The position numbers and the translations under genes were made by a program. A stretch of DNA of 43,123 nucleotides from IMG/VR virus record IMGVR_UViG_3300022177_000076, positions 1-43,123 of that record. One strand, written 5' to 3'. Every line of letters begins with the position of its first letter. The first letter of the stretch is position 1. Origin of the DNA: a virus (Duplodnaviria > Caudoviricetes). This document shows positions 28,135-35,555 of the stretch, one piece after another. The notes beneath the pieces are model-generated. The model ran no database searches, was not told where the DNA came from, and saw only the letters and a list, made by a program, of their open reading frames with translations.

Positions 28135-28335
28135 CTAAGCCTTGTGTCGCTTGTTCCACAGCTCATCCGCGAGCTGTTGCACCCGCGCCTCATCAAACTG
28201 ACTTGCCGGAACGCTCATCGTGGACAGTCCGCAGTCAACGCAGTAAATTCGCATCCAGGTGCCATACACTTCGAACTGCACCCGCGCTTCGCCCCCACAG
28301 CAGGGGCAGGGTTTAATGGTGATGTTATCGGTCAT
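28135..28335 (-). CDS. Lar-family restriction alleviation-like zinc finger
   Basis: KPCPCCGG...C..CG...WN.R. Confidence 0.75.
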   Translation of the reverse strand: MTDNITIKPCPCCGGEARVQFEVYGTWMRIYCVDCGLSTMSVPASQFDEARVQQLADELWNKRHKA

Positions 28336-28775
28336 TCCTCCACCTCCGGAGGTTCTGGGAGCGCGCACCAGCCTACAACATGTTTAGCTTGACACCATTC
28401 CCGTCTACCTGTATCCCCGATTTCCAACATCACGTCAATCCGTATCGTTTTCCGCCCCCACAAGTCCAGTAAAACCCATACGGGCTGGCGCAGTTCTGGC
28501 AGTCTCTCCTCAACCGGAATCCACACGCTTGCCGCCTTAAGCCGCGCGTTCTCCGCTTCAAGAGTGGCGATTCGTTTGTTCAACGCGTCCTCAATCGGAC
28601 GGGTGTTCCAGTCTTCAAGTGTAAAAGACCCTGCTTTAGTGAAATGAGCCGGGCACTTCTCATTGTTGCAGTGATATAAATAATATTCTCGCGGATTTTT
28701 ACCGAACTCCCGCCACAAGTTTCCCTGTGGTGTTTTCCCACAGAACGAACACGGTTTTAGTTCTTGTTCCATCAT
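28332..28775 (-). CDS. Lar-like zinc finger fused to a DUF551-like domain
   Basis: LKPCSFCG...WNTR; WIPVEERLPE...W..LPEPP. Confidence 0.7.
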   Translation of the reverse strand: MMEQELKPCSFCGKTPQGNLWREFGKNPREYYLYHCNNEKCPAHFTKAGSFTLEDWNTRPIEDALNKRIATLEAENARLKAASVWIPVEERLPELRQPVWVLLDLWGRKTIRIDVMLEIGDTGRREWCQAKHVVGWCALPEPPEVEE

Positions 28776-28924
28776 TCACGCTCCTTTCCAACCCAAGTGG
28801 GCTTGCCCCACTCGTCAACTTCCTCTATATCGTGCTCGTCCATTACAATCGCGAACACCACACCGCTGAGCACCACCGCCCAGCCTGCTAATAAACCTAC
28901 GGCAAAGCCTGCTATAAACATCAT
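28772..28924 (-). CDS. Small membrane protein
   Basis: MMFIAGFAVGLLAG hydrophobic helix, GGAGG RBS. Confidence 0.5.
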   Translation of the reverse strand: MMFIAGFAVGLLAGWAVVLSGVVFAIVMDEHDIEEVDEWGKPTWVGKERE

Positions 28925-29283
28925 TTCACCTCCTCTTTTGCCAACCATTTCGGGATACTCTGATAACACCAGTATGGTATCCGGCACATCTGTGCCATCC
29001 ACCACCACGGCTTCCCCTCTTTATGCCAGCGGCGAATGCGCTCCTGGTTAGCGAGGATTTGCGGTCGCGTCCAATTGTCGGGATATTTCTTTGGCTCCGG
29101 CAACTCCATAGGCTCGCCAGCTTCGCGGCTCTCACCAGTCGGGACGTAATCGCTGCAGTCCTCACCTTCAAACTGGAAACGCCAGGCTGGGAATGTGCCG
29201 ACCCGCAGAGCACACTTGCCTACAATCGGGTCGGCATCTCGCAACCAATTCCTGCAATTCAGGCAGCTATCCCTCACAACCAC
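28921..29283 (-). CDS. Cys-rich hypothetical protein with HTH-like C-terminus
   Basis: CLNC..W...C...C motif; coupled ORF. Confidence 0.5.
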   Translation of the reverse strand: MVVRDSCLNCRNWLRDADPIVGKCALRVGTFPAWRFQFEGEDCSDYVPTGESREAGEPMELPEPKKYPDNWTRPQILANQERIRRWHKEGKPWWWMAQMCRIPYWCYQSIPKWLAKEEVK

Positions 29284-30107
29284 TCCTCAACCGGCGCTTT
29301 CGCGCCAACCGGCCACGAAACAACCAGCACGCGCCCTTGTGGGTCAACAATGTCTTCCCACGACAGGATTTTTGACGCCTCAATAATCCCAAGCTTCCTG
29401 ACGCCCTCAACATGGATGATGCCGGTACGCAGTGGGGCTCGGTAACCATAAGAACGCTCCAATACGGACGCCCCGCTTGTTCCAACCAACGCCTCAAACG
29501 CCATCCCCGCCTCATAGCGCGCGCGTGTTTCCGCATTACTGAGCACGTCATACGCCTGCTTCACTCGCATGAACACGTCCGCGGCGCTCTCTTCCTTACA
29601 CACGTCCGGGTGCCAGATTTTCGCCATTCGCCGGAAACCCGCCTTGACCTCATCATCGCTCGCGTTTTTGCCAATTCCCAGCACGGCAAAATAGCTGTCA
29701 TTTCCATCAGGCGTTTTTACTGAGCCGCCAAAGAAGTCTCTCAGCACTTGCTCCGGAAAAATCACCCCCCAATTGCTGCCGCCCAATCCAATCAATCCAT
29801 AAGCGTATGAAGCGCCGTCCGCCCGCGCCTTACAGGCGCCCACATACCGCACTACCAACTTTTGCGAGATCTTCGTCTGATAATGGTCCCTGATTTCCGG
29901 GATCGAGACCGTTTCCCCCAGGTAGGCCTCAATCCACTGCGCGATGGACGGCGCGTAATGTGGACTAACCCGCCATATCTTGCGCGTCGCATCGTATTTC
30001 CTTTCAGCCTGCGGTAGCCCCTTGATAGAGGCTACCAACGCGGCATTGTAGGGCGTGCTGACAATCAACGCCTCACCTTCAATTTCCAAACTGCTTATGC
30101 GCGTCAT
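29274..30107 (-). CDS. J-domain (DnaJ-like) protein with HARP-like N-terminus
   Basis: YFAVLGI...VKAGFRRMAKIWHPD...AYDVLS; N-terminal PYN..LV..IK.LP..RKYD..KIW. Confidence 0.85.
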   Translation of the reverse strand: MTRISSLEIEGEALIVSTPYNAALVASIKGLPQAERKYDATRKIWRVSPHYAPSIAQWIEAYLGETVSIPEIRDHYQTKISQKLVVRYVGACKARADGASYAYGLIGLGGSNWGVIFPEQVLRDFFGGSVKTPDGNDSYFAVLGIGKNASDDEVKAGFRRMAKIWHPDVCKEESAADVFMRVKQAYDVLSNAETRARYEAGMAFEALVGTSGASVLERSYGYRAPLRTGIIHVEGVRKLGIIEASKILSWEDIVDPQGRVLVVSWPVGAKAPVEEWL

Positions 30108-30116
30108 CTTTACCGC

Positions 30117-31163
30117 CTATAACAGACCTAAGGCTGCCGCGCAGCGTTCAATTCCAACCGCGCTCTCCGGCAGTTCCCCGCCATTGGCTTTACGCACCTC
30201 ATCCTCACCAAAAGCGGCAATCAGGTCGTCTGCTGAGTAAACAGGCGCAGCCATCCGCGCCGCAATTGCCTGCCGCTTCGCTTCCGCTTCTTCCTGGACT
30301 TTGATATCCGCTTCGATCCGGTTGATGTGCAGCGCGTCTTTTTGGTCAGCAGTCAAAACGCCGTCCAAAATGGAGAATTCAAACTCATTCGGAATTTCTG
30401 TTTCTTCCGGCTGCCTGTCGCCAATCGGCTCATCCCAGTATTCCAAAATCCGCTTCCACGTACAGGGGTTCACCTTACGCGGCAAAACATTGATGGGTAC
30501 AATCCCCTGCTCAGTAACAGACACCTTACTCAGCCGCTTCAGCACCAGTCCAATCGGTGCGGGACCGTCCGGGTTATGGCGCGTCCAGATGCGCAGGCGG
30601 GATTTTTCCACCACGGGTTTCTTACAATCCGGGATTTCCGCGCCAGTTTTAACTGAGCCAATCGTCTGGTCTTTGAGATGGGTAATCAAAATCACCAGCG
30701 GCGCAACCTGCAGCATCTCATCAATCACCGCAGCCTCATAGTCAAAGCTCACCTTCCAGATTTCCATTGCTTTGAATGTGCCGCTCGCGCTGAAAAACTG
30801 CTTGAACCGCTGGGGCTCTTTCTGCACCACCGGATGAAAGGTGTTCTCAAAGCGCGTCCAGGTATCAAAAACCAGCGCCTTGAACCCTTTGCCTTTGAGC
30901 TCGTGAATGTTCTGCATCACATAGTCGTGATATTCGAGTTCACGCATACCGATAGTGGCTTGGGTCAAATTGACGTAAAATCCAAATGGCGTACCCGCCT
31001 CTTTCAACTGATCTGCGATCGATTGCGTTTTGAGGTCATCGTCAAAAAAAGCAATCTCACTCGGTTTGAAACCGTTCGCAATTGCAAATGTGGTCTTGCC
31101 TGTATCAGGCTCTCCTGTCACATGTACAAGACCGGTTATGGGGTTTGAGTTTCGTTTGTTCAT
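30117..31163 (-). CDS. AAA/RecA-like ATPase (Sak4-like)
   Basis: GEPDTGKTT, LVFDT, ILITH motifs. Confidence 0.75.
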   Translation of the reverse strand: MNKRNSNPITGLVHVTGEPDTGKTTFAIANGFKPSEIAFFDDDLKTQSIADQLKEAGTPFGFYVNLTQATIGMRELEYHDYVMQNIHELKGKGFKALVFDTWTRFENTFHPVVQKEPQRFKQFFSASGTFKAMEIWKVSFDYEAAVIDEMLQVAPLVILITHLKDQTIGSVKTGAEIPDCKKPVVEKSRLRIWTRHNPDGPAPIGLVLKRLSKVSVTEQGIVPINVLPRKVNPCTWKRILEYWDEPIGDRQPEETEIPNEFEFSILDGVLTADQKDALHINRIEADIKVQEEAEAKRQAIAARMAAPVYSADDLIAAFGEDEVRKANGGELPESAVGIERCAAALGLL

Positions 31164-31175
31164 TTTTCCTCGTTT

Positions 31176-31913
31176 CTATGCTTCAGTTTCTATGGTTACA
31201 ATTTCTAACTTTTCATCCGGCTTCAGCTTCAAAGCCGCGCGGATGGTCTTCTTCACATTTTTGGGGATGCCCCTGTATTCCGTTTCAGGGTCCGTCAGCC
31301 CCACCAGTGCCCACCCTGGCAGGTCGCCCGCGTAGTCCATGGCGATTTTCAGCCGTTCCAACCCGATCCCGGGCAGCGACGCGATCACCTGGTGCCCCGG
31401 GCTCAGTATGGCTGGGAATTTTGGCGGCAGGATTTGTTTTTGCGCCCTTCTGTCCCGCCCGGCCAATCGAATCACCGCGGCCTCATAATCGTTCTCAGGG
31501 CAGAAAATAACGCCGATGCCCAACTCTTGTATACTGAGCAGCTCCCCCATAACGGACGCCCAATTCCAGCCGGTCACGCCGCGGTTACTCATTACCTTTC
31601 CGTCTGGGGTTGGGTGCATCGTTCCGGTGATTATCAAATACGGCCATACGCTGTCCATAGTTGACGGGCTCATTTGCGCGTCAAACCTCGCCTGGGCGCA
31701 CCGCCCCATTTGGTTGATCAGCCGGTCGTTGCCCATACTCCCAAGCAGGTCATCGCTGCATTTGCGCTCAATCACCAGCGTGCAGTCGTCATCGCACAAA
31801 ACATGCAGGTCGCCATAATCCAGGGCTGTTACCGCCGTCGGTACACCGCCAAAAGTCAGCTTCTGGATGTGTTCTGGTTCGCGTGAGTCAATGACTGCTG
31901 TTGTTATGCCCAT
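31176..31913 (-). CDS. ERCC4-type nuclease
   Basis: IDSRE, GD, IERK..DL..S, HhH LPGIG. Confidence 0.88.
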   Translation of the reverse strand: MGITTAVIDSREPEHIQKLTFGGVPTAVTALDYGDLHVLCDDDCTLVIERKCSDDLLGSMGNDRLINQMGRCAQARFDAQMSPSTMDSVWPYLIITGTMHPTPDGKVMSNRGVTGWNWASVMGELLSIQELGIGVIFCPENDYEAAVIRLAGRDRRAQKQILPPKFPAILSPGHQVIASLPGIGLERLKIAMDYAGDLPGWALVGLTDPETEYRGIPKNVKKTIRAALKLKPDEKLEIVTIETEA

Positions 31914-31946
31914 CGTATTCCTTTACTCAGTAAAATGTCTTGCCAA

Positions 31947-32014
31947 CGCCGCGCCGGGGAGTCGAACCCAGCAGGAGGAAAGGAGGAGGAAACCTCCCGG
32001 GCCATCCGCGCGGC
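31947..32014 (-). ncRNA. D-armless tRNA-like RNA with CCUCC repeats in the middle arm
   Basis: Acceptor GCCGCGC/GCGCGGC, T loop GGG-TTCGACT-CCC, middle arm GGAGG-TTTCCTCCTCCTTT-CCTCC. Confidence 0.6.
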
Positions 32015-32021
32015 AGCCCTG

Positions 32022-32147
32022 CTATGCGAACACTGATGCTAAGAAATTTTCATTTGCCTCCTGGTCCCGTTCAATGGCTATCTCAATTGCGTCTTCGGGC
32101 GAAAAATAGCCCGGGTCATCAACATAGGCGTTCACAAATTCGTCCAT
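32022..32147 (-). CDS. 41-aa acidic protein
   Basis: MDEFVNAYVDDPGYFSPEDAIEIAIERDQEANENFLASVFA*, starts 1 nt after the upstream stop. Confidence 0.45.
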   Translation of the reverse strand: MDEFVNAYVDDPGYFSPEDAIEIAIERDQEANENFLASVFA

Positions 32148-32148
32148 C

Positions 32149-32820
32149 TCAGCCGCCTATGGCTTGCGAAACTAATTCAATGACCTCATCGCTGGTTGCG
32201 GTGAAGTATTTTTTCATAATTGGTGATGCGTTGATTTTTGTTTCAACGATTGGCAAGATTTCGTCCATTCTGGCTTTCTCCTTCGCCGCGGACCGTACAG
32301 TCGCGCCAAGAAATTTTAAGGCTGTTTCATACTCAGCTCCATTTTCAGGAACCGGAGCGGCTTCAGTGCTTGCTTCCGCGCCGCCCATGCTGTTCGCCAG
32401 AAAATTCTGTTCGCATTCGGTCGCGTTTTTGAAAATTTTGACGAAATGCATATAGGTTTTGTTCTTCACTTCGCCCTGGGAGTTTGTGTACGTATCGCCG
32501 GTCGGCTCAAACTTAATGCGTACGTGCTTTCCGTCAATTTTTGACGCCTGTACTCCGGCTGCCAAAATGGACTCTTGCGTCAGCTTCCATTCTTTGCTGG
32601 TCTGGATCAGGCTGCGTTCTGCCAGATTCGCGCCCTGGATGTTCAGCGGCACCACGCTCAGGTCAATGGCGTGAACCATGGACTTATGCACCGCCGGGTC
32701 AAAGACGATTTTTCCCTGCCCTTTCACCAGGGCGGCTTTCCATACATAGACGGAAACTTGGCCCCAAATTTCATAGCTGGGAGGTAATACGGGTTGGTCG
32801 AGAATATTCATGTCTGTCAT
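32149..32820 (-). CDS. Hypothetical protein, possible SSB/recombination accessory (start moved to ATG 32820)
   Basis: AAGGA RBS; position upstream of ERCC4 and ATPase genes. Confidence 0.55.
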   Translation of the reverse strand: MTDMNILDQPVLPPSYEIWGQVSVYVWKAALVKGQGKIVFDPAVHKSMVHAIDLSVVPLNIQGANLAERSLIQTSKEWKLTQESILAAGVQASKIDGKHVRIKFEPTGDTYTNSQGEVKNKTYMHFVKIFKNATECEQNFLANSMGGAEASTEAAPVPENGAEYETALKFLGATVRSAAKEKARMDEILPIVETKINASPIMKKYFTATSDEVIELVSQAIGG

Positions 32821-32897
32821 GGTGTTTTCCTTTCGTTGGTTAGTTGAATGTGTTGGCTCGGTAAAGTGTCGTTGTGTACTCCAATAGGCTCCTTTGG

Positions 32898-33002
32898 TTA
32901 GTTGAGTTTGTTTACTGCGCTGCTCATCTCGTCGATGTAATCGGCAATCCAATTCAGCGCGATAAGTATGCACGGCAGAAGAACCATCAGCGCGGGTTTC
33001 AT
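32898..33002 (-). CDS. 34-aa hydrophobic peptide
   Basis: MKPALMVLLPCILIALNWIADYIDEMSSAVNKLN*, GGAGG RBS, ATGA coupling. Confidence 0.45.
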   Translation of the reverse strand: MKPALMVLLPCILIALNWIADYIDEMSSAVNKLN

Positions 33003-33106
33003 CGCTGCCCGTCCTCCGGTATGCTTTCAAGCCACGCCACCGCGCCGATAATCAACGCAGCCAGCGCAATCCACTTCAAAATCATTAACAGCCAATACGC
33101 GTCCAT
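32999..33106 (-). CDS. 35-aa single-TM peptide
   Basis: MDAYWLLMILKWIALAALIIGAVAWLESIPEDGQR*. Confidence 0.45.
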   Translation of the reverse strand: MDAYWLLMILKWIALAALIIGAVAWLESIPEDGQR

Positions 33107-33173
33107 GCTTCTGCTCTTTCAGTCGCCACCCCCCAGGCAAAAATCGTGCAGTCCGGGATTTGTTCAAATGCTT

Positions 33174-33569
33174 CTAACGCCCCCATGGTGTCACCTCAAC
33201 ATTGTCCTTTTTCGCCTCTTCCTGGCTGACTGCTCTGTAAATGGTTGGTCCCAACTCGGTAACTACCGGCTTTGGCCAGATGTAAATCTTGTTGTCGCGG
33301 ATCGCGGTCGAGACCGCCCCCTTACCAAGAATCCACTGCGCGTGCGACATATGGTTGATCCGCAGGCGGCGCATATCATTTTTGGACGTGCCCTCTGGAT
33401 AGGTGGCGCACAGTATTTCCCCTGGCTTCAGATACAGCAGGCGTTGATGAAACTCATTCAGCTGGTTGCATGGCAAAGCGGGTACGAGGTCAACAATTTC
33501 AAATAATGGGTCGGGTCTTTTATAGTCTTTACGTCTCATTTCTCTCCTTATTTGGTAAAATTCATCCAC
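33174..33569 (-). CDS. Hypothetical phage protein
   Basis: 131-aa ORF in the early operon. Confidence 0.5.
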   Translation of the reverse strand: MDEFYQIRREMRRKDYKRPDPLFEIVDLVPALPCNQLNEFHQRLLYLKPGEILCATYPEGTSKNDMRRLRINHMSHAQWILGKGAVSTAIRDNKIYIWPKPVVTELGPTIYRAVSQEEAKKDNVEVTPWGR

Positions 33570-33591
33570 CTAATACAGAAAGGCGGCTAAC

Positions 33592-33846
33592 ATGGGTGAT
33601 AAAAAGTGTTGGCGTTGTAAAGCAGCTGCCCGGTTTTCGATATTGATTTCTCCTGGTAAAGATCGCTGGTATCTGCCAAATCAGAACGCCAGAAATTCAG
33701 GGCCTCCGCTGTTGGAAGTTTGGCTTTGTGAAACTTGTGCGCATGAGCTTGATTCATTGCTTACTTCCTTTCTTCCTGCTCTGGGAGATTCGTTACTCTA
33801 CGAAGATCGTCCACCGTCCCTTTTCGTCCACAAGCCAGACAAATAA
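33592..33846 (+). CDS. Small C2C2 zinc-finger protein, opposite strand
   Basis: GAAAGG RBS; CWRC ... CETC. Confidence 0.5.
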   Translation: MGDKKCWRCKAAARFSILISPGKDRWYLPNQNARNSGPPLLEVWLCETCAHELDSLLTSFLPALGDSLLYEDRPPSLFVHKPDK

Positions 33847-33967
33847 AATCTTTTTCGTTGTAGGCTAACGAGGGCTTATGGTCGTCATGAAACGGGCATA
33901 ACATGAATTTCCATGCGACTACCTCTCTTTTTCTTTTAGGCTCTCTACGGGCTGATTGTTCTTTCAT
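33761..33967 (-). CDS. Stand-alone CHC2-type zinc finger
   Basis: CPFHDDHKPS...FICLACG.KG. Confidence 0.7.
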   Translation of the reverse strand: MKEQSARREPKRKREVVAWKFMLCPFHDDHKPSLAYNEKDFICLACGRKGTVDDLRRVTNLPEQEERK

Positions 33968-33970
33968 TCT

Positions 33971-34219
33971 TCACTCCTTTGCTTCATAAATTTTCTTGAT
34001 TGCCATAACCTTTTCATCTGCTTTTTTCAGCTTCAGGATCACCCGCCCCACCAGTCGGTAGGTTTCGCTCCCGTCCAGCCGTACATTCAAAAGAGTTTCT
34101 AATTCGCCGTTGATCTCGCGGTGGATCGCCTGCAGGTCCTCAAGCTGCCAAAACGTCTTATATCCGCCTTGCTTCGCCCGCTCGCGTTTGGTGCCGTTTT
34201 CAGGGCAAATTTGCGCCAT
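33971..34219 (-). CDS. Hypothetical early protein
   Basis: Coupled ORF after the Cro-like gene. Confidence 0.5.
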   Translation of the reverse strand: MAQICPENGTKRERAKQGGYKTFWQLEDLQAIHREINGELETLLNVRLDGSETYRLVGRVILKLKKADEKVMAIKKIYEAKE

Positions 34220-34221
34220 GT

Positions 34222-34437
34222 TTACGCCACTTCCTGGGATTCGCCGTCTGCGTTTGCTATGCTGTCCTCATGAGCATTGAGTTCGGCAGTCGCAGCGTGT
34301 CGCAAGCGGTACTCCCGCCGGATCAACCACGCCGCCTGGTTGCCGATCGTCCGCATATCCTCAGCCGCCAACGCCTTGATCATCGGCTCGATGTCTGTGT
34401 CTTTGATTTGGATCATGTAACTGTAGGGTTTTGCCAT
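34222..34437 (-). CDS. Ribbon-helix-helix (Arc/Cro-analog) regulator
   Basis: IKALAAEDMRTIGNQAAWLIRRE; divergent from the repressor. Confidence 0.7.
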   Translation of the reverse strand: MAKPYSYMIQIKDTDIEPMIKALAAEDMRTIGNQAAWLIRREYRLRHAATAELNAHEDSIANADGESQEVA

Positions 34438-34573
34438 TGCGCCTCACTATTTTGTGTTGGAGGAAGAGAAATTCTTCCCAGTGACAATAGTGTAAGGCAT
34501 ACTAAACGATTTGTCAAGGGGAAGAATAATTATTCCCAGTAATTTAGTGAAAAGAGGTAGTATGTTACTGCCA

Positions 34574-34903
34574 ATGGACAATATTTCAGAATTTCTTACC
34601 GCCGAAATGAATAAGGTTGGCATGAACCAGTCTGATTTGGCACGTAAAAGCGGCGTTTCAACTGGTCAGATTTCCCGTCTTATTAATGGCACCCGTGGTG
34701 TGGGTGAAAAATCTTTACGTGCCATTGCCGAAGCTCTTAGCGTTCCCCCAGACGTTATGTTTAGAGTAGCAGGCTTTTTACCCCCCGCGCCAGCCAAAAC
34801 AGAGCAAACAGAGCGGCTGCTCTACCTGTTCAACCTGATGGACGCGCGGCAAAAAGAAATCCTGCTCTCCCAGGCTAACTGGATACTGCAGGAAAAGCCC
34901 TAA
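34574..34903 (+). CDS. XRE-family HTH phage repressor
   Basis: MNQSDLARKSGVSTGQISRLING...IAEAL; start could also be 34562. Confidence 0.9.
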   Translation: MDNISEFLTAEMNKVGMNQSDLARKSGVSTGQISRLINGTRGVGEKSLRAIAEALSVPPDVMFRVAGFLPPAPAKTEQTERLLYLFNLMDARQKEILLSQANWILQEKP

Positions 34904-35151
34904 CCACCCCGCTGGTAAATCACGATTTGAACCATACGCCCGAATAATCGGAATGAGTAAATGGTCATCAATGGAAATTTCACACGCTTCATTTCCGCCG
35001 CTCCTTACTCCCATTATAGAACGGGTGTTCTAATTATTCAAGAGGACAAAAGCGGACTCAATTCACAGTTCAGATTTGTATGGCAAGGTTCCTGATGCTT
35101 TTACTGAGAGAAAATAATGGCACTAAATGCGCTCTCAACGAAGCGGCTATA

Positions 35152-35222
35152 CGTAACGTGGCCAAGTGGCAAGGCAAGAGTCTGCAAAACTCTCATCATG
35201 GGTTCAAATCCCATCGTCGCCT
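35152..35222 (+). tRNA. tRNA-Cys(GCA) copy with disrupted 5' acceptor strand, probable right att site
   Basis: Intact D, anticodon (GCA 35184-35186) and T arms; 3' strand CGTCGCC pairs only 3 of 7 with 5' CGTAACG. Confidence 0.85.
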
Positions 35223-35318
35223 CTTTTTTATGTCTGCTGGCAGCTTCGCAGCATCTCCCTCATAAACAAACTTTCAGACAGGTTCCTCACACAGTCATTT
35301 TCCCAAGCTTGTCTGCTC

Positions 35319-35346
35319 TTGACAATGCGCATATTATGCGTATAAT
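35319..35346 (+). promoter_or_regulatory. hicAB promoter with palindromic operator
   Basis: TTGACA-16-TATAAT overlapping the imperfect palindrome ATGCGCATA-T-TATGCGTAT. Confidence 0.75.
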
Positions 35347-35366
35347 ATGGCTAACAAAAGGATGAT

Positions 35367-35537
35367 ATAAAAAAAAGAGACTTGGAGAAGCTTCTGCTTA
35401 AGAACGGATGGACTAAAGTCGAAGGCGGCAAGCACGAAAAATGGGTCAAAGGAAATGAAACTGAGATGCTTCCGAGGCACACGGAAATAAATGAAATCCT
35501 TGCCAAAGACATTATTAAAAGGAGAGGGCTGAAATAA
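35367..35537 (+). CDS. hicA: HicA-family mRNA interferase toxin (ATA start, or inactivated)
   Basis: IKKRDLEKLLLKNGW...GGKHEKW...LPRHTEINEILAKDIIK; no in-frame ATG at the N-terminus. Confidence 0.8.
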   Translation: MKKRDLEKLLLKNGWTKVEGGKHEKWVKGNETEMLPRHTEINEILAKDIIKRRGLK

Positions 35538-35555
35538 GCTCACACCAGAGGAAAT

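Larger units (their letters stand above)
1..35222. mobile_element. Integrated temperate siphovirus-like prophage (left att expected just outside the window)
   Basis: Integrase at left; lysis, tail, head, packaging and replication genes colinear on the minus strand; repressor; tRNA-Cys fragment at the right end. Confidence 0.92.

Noticed and set aside
32821-33030. N-terminal extension of the 293-aa ORF
   Set aside because: Overlaps two better-supported micro-ORFs; the RBS points to ATG 32820
2548-33506. Many + strand ORFs of 60-300 aa overlapping phage genes, and shadow ORFs within copA and the HAD gene
   Set aside because: Antisense or alternate-frame shadows of well-supported genes, with no motifs or RBS
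35152-35222. Functional tRNA-Cys
   Set aside because: Acceptor stem pairs only 3 of 7; better explained as an att duplication
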